In this document: positions 47,966 through 55,590 of the stretch, piece by piece | Numbering within the stretch: the stretch's first letter is position 1 | Layout of the letters: each line of letters opens with the position of its first letter | DNA from: Anaerolineales bacterium | Lineage (GTDB): Bacteria; Chloroflexota; Anaerolineae; Anaerolineales; UBA11579 | Length of the DNA: 64,000 nucleotides | Assembly: GCA_025808555.1 (NCBI GenBank) | Contig: CP075526.1 | Span: forward strand, 1,848,712 to 1,912,711 | Direction: 5' to 3' | Notes under the pieces: generated by a model | Database searches by the model: none | The model's input: only the letters and a program-made list of their open reading frames with translations | Told to the model about the DNA's origin: nothing | Position numbers and translations under genes: made by a program

Positions 47966-47993
47966 AAAAACGGCCAGCGTACGCTGGCCGTTT
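47966..47993 (-). terminator. Intrinsic terminator downstream of tRNA-Gln
   Basis: The palindrome AAACGGCCAGCG-TA-CGCTGGCCGTTT is followed by TTTTT on the minus strand. It begins 5 nt after the tRNA 3' end. Confidence 0.8.
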
Positions 47994-47997
47994 AGTG

Positions 47998-48071
47998 TGG
48001 ATGCGGATCCTGGGCTCGAACCAGGGCTTTCTGAGTCAGAGTCAGACGTCCTACCACTAGACGAATCCGCA
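47998..48071 (-). tRNA. tRNA-Gln (anticodon CUG)
   Basis: The minus strand reads TGCGGAT-TC-GTCT-AGTGGTA-GGAC-G-TCTGA-CTCTGAC-TCAGA-AAGC-CCTGG-TTCGAGC-CCAGG-ATCCGCA-T-CCA (74 nt). It folds into a full cloverleaf, has the U1-A72 pair typical of bacterial tRNA-Gln, and encodes its CCA. Confidence 0.92.
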
Positions 48072-48129
48072 CTGCAAGTAGCCATTTTAACACGCCATGG
48101 TGAGAGCGTCTAGCGTTGTGTCAGGCTGG

Positions 48130-48816
48130 CTAGCGTTGTTCGGGGTTGAGGACGACCCAGAGGGCGCGCATGGGGGCGCTGCCATTGTTGGTGAGGCGGT
48201 GGGGCGTGCTGGAGTCGAAGATGATGCTGTCGCCCGCGGCCAGGGTATAGGTTTCGAAGCCGAGTTCGACCATAAGCTGGCCCTCCAGCACCAGGCCAAA
48301 CTCACGGCCGGTGTGGCTGGACATATTCTTGCCGGATTCAGCGCCGGGGGCGTACTGGATCTCGAGGAATTCGGTATCCTGCTCGGCGGTGGCGGTGAGG
48401 CGCGCCCAAGTGATGCCGCTGTTGAGCTCCAGGGTGGGGCGGGCGGCGGCGGGCACGATGGGCGCCTTGTGGGTGGTGGGGAAGCTAACCACCGCTTCGC
48501 TCGTCTCGCTGGTAAGCAGGGCTTCGCGCATCTGGCTGGCGGTCAGCTCGCTGCTGTTGACCGCGCCGTTCATCGGGGATGGATTGCTATCATCTTCGGC
48601 GGGGAAGAAGTAATCCACAGAAACGCCCAGAGCAGCGGCGATCTTGTAGAGAGAGCGCACTGAGGGGAAGGCCTTGCCGGTTTCGATCTGGCTCAGCATG
48701 CTGGCGCTGATCTCGGCGGCGCGAGCGAGATCGCGCAGGCTCATTTTGTGTTTTTGGCGGGCGGCCCACAGCTTGCGGCCGATTTCGCTGGGATTTTGTT
48801 CAATCAAGTCAGACAT
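48130..48816 (-). CDS. XRE family HTH transcriptional regulator with a C-terminal cupin domain
   Basis: I take the ATG at 48816 (MSDLIEQNPSEIGRKLWAARQKHKMSLRDLA...SMLSQIETGK). The C-terminal cupin reads GREFGLVLEGQLMVELG...GDSIIFDSSTPHRLTN. The track ORF extends to 49173. Confidence 0.85.
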   Translation of the reverse strand: MSDLIEQNPSEIGRKLWAARQKHKMSLRDLARAAEISASMLSQIETGKAFPSVRSLYKIAAALGVSVDYFFPAEDDSNPSPMNGAVNSSELTASQMREALLTSETSEAVVSFPTTHKAPIVPAAARPTLELNSGITWARLTATAEQDTEFLEIQYAPGAESGKNMSSHTGREFGLVLEGQLMVELGFETYTLAAGDSIIFDSSTPHRLTNNGSAPMRALWVVLNPEQR

Positions 48817-49027
48817 GGTAATGGATTTGTACAGTCTAATACAGGAGGGCCATTTTTGCCACGCCAAATATTGTTCAGTGCGTTCAATCCTGGTTGACAG
48901 AGTGCTGTTTGCCACTATAATGCGTTCAATTACACGAAACATAACTTGCGAGGCTTTTGAAGCTTTACGCAAGGTGGTGCACGCCAGCAAGCGATCTCTT
49001 TGCAGTTCCTTTTGAAAGGATGGCAAC

Positions 49028-50410
49028 ATGGATTTGCGAACGTACGGAACAATGGGTGTGGATTGGGAGCAACGTGTTGATTTCGACCGGTTGCGTACGG
49101 AGCGTCTGGCGCGCATCAAGGCCAAACTGAAAGAATCCAACATCGGAGCACTGCTGTGCTTCGACATGAACAATATCCGCTATATCACCAACACCACCAT
49201 TGGCACCTGGGCGATCGACAAACTGGGTCGCTTCTGCCTGCTGCCGCAGGACGACGAGCCGATCAACTGGGACTTTGGCTCGGCGGCCAAGCACCACACT
49301 TTGTACGCGCCCTGGCTGGGCGAGGGACGGTCGCGGGCGGGCATCTCGACCCTGCGTGGCGCCATGCCGCCGGGGGCGATGCGGGCCGAGGACGTTGCGC
49401 GCAAGATTCGTATTGAGTTGGAAGAGCGCGGCCTGCTGAACGAGCCGGTCGGCATCGACATGGTGGAGCCGCCGGTGCTGTTCGCCCTGCAGAAGGAAGG
49501 CATCAACGTAGTGGATGGGCAGCAGTTGCTGCAGGATGCCCGTGTCATCAAGACCCAGGATGAAGTTACTTTGCTCAACATGGCCTGCATGATGGTGGAT
49601 GCGGCCTACGAAGAGCTGTACCGCTTTATGAAGCCCGGCGTGAAGGAAAGCGAAGCCGTGGCCCTGGTCAACAAGGTGCTGTACGAATTGGGCTCGGAGC
49701 ATGTGGAGGGCGTCAACGCCATCTCCGGCGAGCGCTGCAGCCCGCACCCGCATATTTTTAGTGACCGTGTGATGCGCCCGGGTGACCCGGCCTTCTACGA
49801 TATTTTGCATTCCTACATGGGCTACCGCACCTGCTATTATCGCACCTTTGCGATCGGCTCAGCCTCGCAGGCCCAGGTGGATGCGTATAAACGCTGCCGC
49901 TATTACCTGGATGCAGCGATCGACGCCATTCGCCCTGGTGTGACCACGGCGGACGTGGTTAAGCTGTGGCCCAAGGCGCAGGAATTTGGCTTCCCCAACG
50001 AAGAAGCCTGCTTTGCATTGCAATACGGCCACGGTGTAGGCCTTGCGATCTGGGAGAAGCCGGTGTTCAGCCGCCTGGTGTCGTTCGACAGCCCGCAAGA
50101 GATCGAAGAGGGCATGGTGTTCGCGCTCGAAACCTATTGGCCCGCCAGCGACGGCTGGTCGGCGGCGCGCATTGAAGAGCAGATGGTGGTGACCAAGACA
50201 GGTGTGGAAGTGATCACACGCTTCCCGGCCGAGGAGTTGATGGTGGCAGGCAAGCGCTATTTCACCACCAATGGCTGGCTATCCACGACGCGTGACACAC
50301 AGTCGCACCGCAACATTGACTACAGCGGTGTGGACTACGGCGGTGCGGGCTTGCCGGACGAAAGCCCCAACGGTGCGGAGGAACGCAGCGCCAAGAAAGC
50401 CAAGAAGTAA
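49028..50410 (+). CDS. M24 family metallohydrolase (creatinase/prolidase fold; possibly the DddP-like subgroup)
   Basis: 460 aa. The N-terminal creatinase-like domain contains LLCFDMNNIRYITNTT. The pita-bread domain carries metal ligands in FYDILHSYMGY, HGVGLAIWE, FALETY and RIEEQ. A C-terminal tail of about 60 aa ends in a Lys-rich stretch. Confidence 0.7.
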   Translation: MDLRTYGTMGVDWEQRVDFDRLRTERLARIKAKLKESNIGALLCFDMNNIRYITNTTIGTWAIDKLGRFCLLPQDDEPINWDFGSAAKHHTLYAPWLGEGRSRAGISTLRGAMPPGAMRAEDVARKIRIELEERGLLNEPVGIDMVEPPVLFALQKEGINVVDGQQLLQDARVIKTQDEVTLLNMACMMVDAAYEELYRFMKPGVKESEAVALVNKVLYELGSEHVEGVNAISGERCSPHPHIFSDRVMRPGDPAFYDILHSYMGYRTCYYRTFAIGSASQAQVDAYKRCRYYLDAAIDAIRPGVTTADVVKLWPKAQEFGFPNEEACFALQYGHGVGLAIWEKPVFSRLVSFDSPQEIEEGMVFALETYWPASDGWSAARIEEQMVVTKTGVEVITRFPAEELMVAGKRYFTTNGWLSTTRDTQSHRNIDYSGVDYGGAGLPDESPNGAEERSAKKAKK

Positions 50411-50422
50411 CCAGGTACGCAG

Positions 50423-51271
50423 ATGCATAGCACCACCAGCCTACACAATTTGCCCGGCGGGGTGCCCGCAGGGTACAAGGATAAGAGCGACGGCTTTTCG
50501 CGCCAGACCTATGTTGACCATACCATGGGCTCAGTCCATATGGGCACTGGTATCAGCCAGCTGGAAGCGGGCGGCCACATCAGCCATCACCTGCACGCGT
50601 TCGAGGAAAGCTTCTATATCTTGGAGGGCAGCCTGCTCTGCCAGATCGGTGAGGCGGTTTACGAGTTGGGGCCGGGGCACTATGGCCTGATCCCCACGGG
50701 CGCGCCGCATGCCTGGCAGAACAAGGGCAGCGTGGCAGCGCGCTGGGTCGAAATGCAGGCACCGCAACCAAGACCGGATGGCAGCGATACATTCTTCGTA
50801 GATGGTGAGCTGGCCGCCAGCGGCCAGGCGCCAGACCCGGCGCGGGCCGCGGAGATGATGGTGGGCCACTTCGACGAAGGGCAGCTGCCCAAGCCCGGCG
50901 AGCCGGGGCAGATGGAAGGTTTCAATGCCACCACGGGTGTGGCGATCAAAATGTTCGTAGACCGCTCATCTGGGGCTACGCATCAATCCCTGTTTCTTAT
51001 TCAGTATCAACCCGGCGCCAAGATCGATGCGCATGACCACACCTTCGAAGAGTCGTATTACATTGTCAGCGGGCGCGTGAAGGCGACCGCGGATGGCCAG
51101 ACCTATGAACTCGGCCCGGGCGACTCGATCTGGACCAGCGTGGGTTGCATTCACAGCTTTGAGCAGGTGGGCGACGAGCCGGTGCGCTGGATCGAGACCC
51201 AAGCGCCGCTGCCGCCGGCTAAGGAAGCGTTTCGATTTGAAAGAGACTGGTCTGGCAAGTACGCCGGCTAG
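50423..51271 (+). CDS. Bicupin protein (two cupin domains), substrate unknown
   Basis: 282 aa with two cupin cores: GHISHHLHAFEESFYILEG...APHAW and IDAHDHTFEESYYIVSG...GCIHSF. Confidence 0.7.
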   Translation: MHSTTSLHNLPGGVPAGYKDKSDGFSRQTYVDHTMGSVHMGTGISQLEAGGHISHHLHAFEESFYILEGSLLCQIGEAVYELGPGHYGLIPTGAPHAWQNKGSVAARWVEMQAPQPRPDGSDTFFVDGELAASGQAPDPARAAEMMVGHFDEGQLPKPGEPGQMEGFNATTGVAIKMFVDRSSGATHQSLFLIQYQPGAKIDAHDHTFEESYYIVSGRVKATADGQTYELGPGDSIWTSVGCIHSFEQVGDEPVRWIETQAPLPPAKEAFRFERDWSGKYAG

Positions 51272-51284
51272 TTTGGAGAGATAG

Positions 51285-52160
51285 ATGGCAAATGTTGGAT
51301 TTATTGGCTTAGGGGTGATGGGCAGCCGCATGGTTACGCGGTTGATGGCCGCCGGCCACACCGTGACCGGCTACAACCGCACCAAGGCCAAGGCGCAAGA
51401 GCTCCTGGATGCGGGGATGGCCTGGGGCGACACGCCGGGGGCGGTGACCGAAGCCTCTGAGATCGTTTTCAGCATCGTCAGCGATACGGCCGCATTGCGC
51501 CAGATCGCTGAAGGGCCGGACGGCGTGCTGACCGCCCTGGCGGCGGGCAAGACCTGGGTGGAAATGAGCACGGTCAGCCCCGCGGCCAGCCGCGAACTGG
51601 CGGCCAAGGCCGCCGCGGCCGGGTCGCAGATGCTGGATTGCCCGGTCTCGGGCAGCATTGCTACACTGGAGGCTGGCCAGCTGACCATGATGGTGGGCGG
51701 CGACGAGGCTGCATTCAAGGCGGTAGAGCCGGTGCTGCTGGCAATCGGCTCCAAGGCCACCTATGTAGGCGCCAGCGGCCTGGCGGTTTCCATGAAGGTG
51801 GCGACGAATTTGAGCGTCGGCGTGCAGGTGCTGGCGCTGGCTGAGTCGATCCTGTTGGCTGAAGCGGCGGGCATTCCCCGCAGTACTGCCATCGAGGTGC
51901 TGACCAACAGCGTCATCGGCTCGCCGCTGGTGAAGTACAAGGCCCCGCAGTTGGTGACCCTGCCGGATGTGGCCTGGTACCCTGTGGATATGATGCAGAA
52001 AGACATCAAGCTGGCCCAGGAACTGGGGGTTGAGCTGGGAGTATCGCTGCCCACAACTGAAACGGCGCAGCGCGTGCTGGCCTTTGCCCAAGAGAAGGGC
52101 TGGGGCGAGAAAGACTTTGCGATCTTGATCGAAGCTGTCAAGCACATGGGAGCGAAGTAA
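51285..52160 (+). CDS. NAD(P)-dependent oxidoreductase, 3-hydroxyisobutyrate / tartronate-semialdehyde reductase family
   Basis: 291 aa. The Rossmann motif is VGFIGLGVMGSRM, and the HIBADH-type central and C-terminal helices follow (SVGVQVLALAESILLAE). Confidence 0.8.
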   Translation: MANVGFIGLGVMGSRMVTRLMAAGHTVTGYNRTKAKAQELLDAGMAWGDTPGAVTEASEIVFSIVSDTAALRQIAEGPDGVLTALAAGKTWVEMSTVSPAASRELAAKAAAAGSQMLDCPVSGSIATLEAGQLTMMVGGDEAAFKAVEPVLLAIGSKATYVGASGLAVSMKVATNLSVGVQVLALAESILLAEAAGIPRSTAIEVLTNSVIGSPLVKYKAPQLVTLPDVAWYPVDMMQKDIKLAQELGVELGVSLPTTETAQRVLAFAQEKGWGEKDFAILIEAVKHMGAK

Positions 52161-53179
52161 TGGCGAAAGCAAAAAGCACCAAAGCCAAAAGCACCAAGCC
52201 TGCCGGCAAACCGGCGGGCACTGAGGATGTCGAAGACCTGCTGCAGATGTACGAGCAGATGGTGCGCATCCGTGAATTTGAAGACAAGGTGAATGAGCTG
52301 TACACCTCGGCCAAGATGCCGGGTTTGGCTCATCTGTATATTGGTGAAGAAGCCATCGCGGTGGGCGTGTGCGAAGCGCTGAACGGCGATGATTACATCA
52401 CCAGCACACACCGCGGCCACGGCCACTGCATCGCCAAGGGCGCTGCGGTGGACATCATGTTCGCCGAGCTGCTGGGCAAGGCCGCCGGCTATTGCGGCGG
52501 CAAGGGCGGCTCGATGCACATCGCCGACCAGGCCAACGGCAACCTGGGCGCCAACGCCATCGTGGGCGGCAGCGCTGGCATCGCCGCCGGGGCCGCCTTC
52601 AGCGCCAAGCGGCTGGGCACCGGCCAGGTGGCGGTGTGCTTCTTCGGCGAAGGCGCGCTGGGGCAGGGCCTGCTGTACGAGACGATGAATATGGCCCAGC
52701 TCTGGAAGCTGCCGGTTATTTTTGTATGTGAGAACAACATGTACAACGAGTACACCCACTACAACGAGACCGCCGCCGGTACGCTGGCGGGGCGGGCGGA
52801 AGCTTTTGGCATCCACACCGAAGAGATCGACGGCCAGGACGCCCGCGTGGTGAACGAAGCGGCCAAGCGCCTGGTGGAGCGAGCGCGTAAGGGCGAGGGG
52901 CCTTCTTTCCTGATATGCAATACGTATCGATATCACGGCCATCATGTCGGCGACATTGACCGGGCCTACTACCGCCCGAAAGAAGAAGAGCTCGAATGGC
53001 AGCAGCGTGACCCAATCACCATTTTGGCGGATTGGATCATTGGCCAGAAGCTGTCAGACCAGAGTGTGCTCGACCACATCAAGGCGGATGTGAAGAGCGA
53101 AGTGGCGCGTGGCGCAGAGTTTGCGCTGAACGCGCCGTACCCGGACCCCAGCGAGGTGGATACGAATGTCTACGCCTAA
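52160..53179 (+). CDS. Thiamine-diphosphate-dependent 2-oxoacid (pyruvate/acetoin-type) dehydrogenase E1 alpha subunit
   Basis: 339 aa. The motifs are YIGEEAIAVG, HRGHGHCIAKG, GGKGGSMH and FFGEGALGQG...NNMYN. The start overlaps the upstream stop (TAATG). Confidence 0.85.
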   Translation: MAKAKSTKAKSTKPAGKPAGTEDVEDLLQMYEQMVRIREFEDKVNELYTSAKMPGLAHLYIGEEAIAVGVCEALNGDDYITSTHRGHGHCIAKGAAVDIMFAELLGKAAGYCGGKGGSMHIADQANGNLGANAIVGGSAGIAAGAAFSAKRLGTGQVAVCFFGEGALGQGLLYETMNMAQLWKLPVIFVCENNMYNEYTHYNETAAGTLAGRAEAFGIHTEEIDGQDARVVNEAAKRLVERARKGEGPSFLICNTYRYHGHHVGDIDRAYYRPKEEELEWQQRDPITILADWIIGQKLSDQSVLDHIKADVKSEVARGAEFALNAPYPDPSEVDTNVYA

Positions 53180-54167
53180 CGGCAACGGCCGTGTGATCAC
53201 GATGGGCCAGGCCATCAAAGAGGCCCTGGCCGAAGAACTGCGCCGCGACCCGACGGTATACGTGATGGGCGAGGACGTGGCCGAAGCCGGCACCGCCTTC
53301 AAGGTGCTCAAGGGGCTGGTGGACGAGTTCGGGACGGACCGCGTGATCGATTCGCCCATCTCCGAGCCGGGCATTACCGGCTTGGGCGTAGGCGCGGCTA
53401 TGACCGGCATGCGCCCGGTGGTGGATATCATGTTCGGAGATTTCAGCACCCTGATCATGGACCAGATGGTCAACCAAGCCGCTAAGATCCATTACATGTC
53501 GGGCGGCAAGCTCAAAGTGCCGATGGTGTTGCGCACCACGATGGGCGCTACGCGCCGCTCGGCGGCGCAGCACTCGCAGTCGCTGCATGCGTGGTTCAGC
53601 CATGTGCCGGGCGTTAAAGTGGTTATCCCATCGACCCCGTATGACGCCAAGGGCTTGCTCAAGACCGCCATCCGCGACGACAACCCGGTGGTGTTCTTTG
53701 AAGACAAGATGATGTACCAGCTCAAGGGCGAAGTGCCTGAAGAGGAATACACCATTCCGCTGGGCGTGGCTGATATCAAGCGCGAAGGCAGCGACATCAC
53801 CATCGTGGCCACCAGCAGCATGGTGCAAGTCTCGCTGGCGGCGGCCGACATGCTGGCCGAGATCGGTATCAGCGCCGAGGTGGTTGACCCGCGTTGCACC
53901 TTCCCCCTGGACAAGGAGGCCTTGATCAACTCGGCCAAGAAGACCAGCCGCGCCATCGTGGTGGACGAAGGCTACGAGCGTTACGGCGTCACGGCCGAGA
54001 TGGCTTCGGTGATCGCGGATGGCGCGTTCTATTATCTGGATGCTCCGGTGAAACGCATGGGCGCCATGGACGTGCCCATCCCGTTCTCGCCGGTGCTGGA
54101 AGACCTGACCGTGCCGACGCCCGACACGGTGTTCGAGATGGCCAAGACCCTGTGCGGCGCGAACTAG
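53166..54167 (+). CDS. 2-oxoacid dehydrogenase E1 beta subunit
   Basis: 333 aa. It contains ITMGQAIKEALAEELRRDPTVYVMGEDV and PISEPGITGLGVGAAMTGMRPV, followed by the transketolase C-terminal domain. Confidence 0.88.
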   Translation: MSTPNGNGRVITMGQAIKEALAEELRRDPTVYVMGEDVAEAGTAFKVLKGLVDEFGTDRVIDSPISEPGITGLGVGAAMTGMRPVVDIMFGDFSTLIMDQMVNQAAKIHYMSGGKLKVPMVLRTTMGATRRSAAQHSQSLHAWFSHVPGVKVVIPSTPYDAKGLLKTAIRDDNPVVFFEDKMMYQLKGEVPEEEYTIPLGVADIKREGSDITIVATSSMVQVSLAAADMLAEIGISAEVVDPRCTFPLDKEALINSAKKTSRAIVVDEGYERYGVTAEMASVIADGAFYYLDAPVKRMGAMDVPIPFSPVLEDLTVPTPDTVFEMAKTLCGAN

Positions 54168-54194
54168 GAGGCCCGGCTGGCTACTAAAGTCATC

Positions 54195-55586
54195 ATGCCC
54201 GCGCTGGGAATGGCGCAAGAGACCGGCAAGCTGCTCGCCTGGTTCAAGCAGGAAGGCGACACAATTGCCAAGGGCGAACCCTTGATGGAGATCGAAACCG
54301 ATAAGGTGACGGTTTCGATCGACGCAACCGAAAGCGGCGTGCTGGCCAATATTGTTGCCAGCGCCGGGCAGGATATTCCCGTTGGGCATGCGATAGCGCT
54401 GATCCTGGCGGAGGGTGAGCAAGCCCCGCCCCGTGAAGAGCTGCTGGCGGCGCTCAAAGCTGCTGCGGCCCCGGCCGCCAGTGCGCCCGCAGCTGCCCCG
54501 CGGCCAGCAACTGCTGGCCGACCGGCGCCAGCAGTCAGGCAACAAGCCGCGCCTGCGGCCGGCTACGCTCCCGTGGGCGCAGTGGTGGTGAACGCCAGCC
54601 CGATCGCGCTGCGCATCGCCGCTGAGCACGGCGTGGACCTGGCGCAGGTGCGCCCGTCGGGCGGGCGCATCAGCAAGGATGATGTGCGTGAGTACCTGCG
54701 CACACGTGGCGCTGGCCCGGCTGGCGGTTTTGCGCCGATAGTGCGCGGGGCGGGCGAGAAGGTGCTCGCTTCGCCCAAAGCCAAACGGCTGGCGCAGGAG
54801 ATGGGTATTGACCTGGCGCTATTGCGCGGCAGCGGCCCCGAAGGGGCCGTGCTGGCGATCGATGTTTTGAACGGCGACGTGCCAGTTGCTGCGGCGCAGC
54901 CAGCGCACGAGCCAGCTGGCCCACCGCTGAGCAGCCTATGGAAAGTGATGGCTGAGCACGTCACCGAAAGCTGGCAGGACATCCCCCATTTTGTATTGAG
55001 CCGTGAAGTGGACGCCACCAACATGATGGCGGCGCGCAAGGCGGCGCAGGCCGCGGCGGGCGAAACCAAGATCACCTTCACTGACCTGCTGGTCAAATAT
55101 TGTGCGGCGGCGCTGGCGCAGCACCCGAATGTCAACGCCACCTGGCGCAGTCGCACCATCTGGCCCAACGAGCACATCAATATTGGGCTGGCGGTGGGTG
55201 TGGAAGACGGCCTGGTGGCGCCAGTGGTGGCAGATGCAGACAAGCTGAGCCTGCAAGACGTGGCCTTACGCCGTGCTGAGCTGGTGCAGAAAGCCAATAG
55301 CAGATCGCTGCTGCCCGCCGATATTCAGGGCGGCACGTTTACGATAAGCAATCTGGGCATGTACGCCATCGATAGCTTCACCGCCATCGTCAATGCGCCC
55401 AACGCCGCCATTCTGGCGGTTGGGCGCATTGTGGAGCGAGTAGTGCCGGTGGACGGCCAGCCGGCCATCCGGCCGATGCTGGCGCTGACGCTCTCGTGCG
55501 ATCACCGCGTGCTGGATGGTTTGCGCGGGGCACAATTCTTGGACACACTGGCCGGGCTGATTGAAGCCGCGGAGCTTAAGGAGTAA
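54195..55586 (+). CDS. Dihydrolipoamide acyltransferase (E2) with one lipoyl domain and two E3/E1-binding (PSBD) domains
   Basis: The lipoyl site is EIETDKV. The two PSBD-like segments are ASPIALRIAAEHGVDLAQVRPSGGRISKDDV and ASPKAKRLAQEMGIDLALLRGSGPEGAVLAIDV. The catalytic motif is SCDHRVLDG. The true start may be the upstream CTG at 54177 (see findings). Confidence 0.88.
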   Translation: MPALGMAQETGKLLAWFKQEGDTIAKGEPLMEIETDKVTVSIDATESGVLANIVASAGQDIPVGHAIALILAEGEQAPPREELLAALKAAAAPAASAPAAAPRPATAGRPAPAVRQQAAPAAGYAPVGAVVVNASPIALRIAAEHGVDLAQVRPSGGRISKDDVREYLRTRGAGPAGGFAPIVRGAGEKVLASPKAKRLAQEMGIDLALLRGSGPEGAVLAIDVLNGDVPVAAAQPAHEPAGPPLSSLWKVMAEHVTESWQDIPHFVLSREVDATNMMAARKAAQAAAGETKITFTDLLVKYCAAALAQHPNVNATWRSRTIWPNEHINIGLAVGVEDGLVAPVVADADKLSLQDVALRRAELVQKANSRSLLPADIQGGTFTISNLGMYAIDSFTAIVNAPNAAILAVGRIVERVVPVDGQPAIRPMLALTLSCDHRVLDGLRGAQFLDTLAGLIEAAELKE

Positions 55587-55590
55587 TTGC

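Noticed and set aside
48110-48139. The direct repeat CTAGCGTTGT, present twice with a 20-nt period, at the 3' end of the XRE-cupin gene
   Set aside because: There are only two 10-nt copies, and one of them includes the stop codon. The repeat is too short to distinguish from chance and has no associated feature.
48817-49173. Long 5' extensions of minus-strand ORFs: XRE-cupin to 49173, padR to 6966 and the amidohydrolase to 60265
   Set aside because: The extensions overlap the divergent neighbouring gene or its promoter region and add non-homologous, compositionally odd residues. Internal ATGs give canonical N-termini: the HTH starts about 10 aa in for XRE, and the PadR length comes to about 107 aa.
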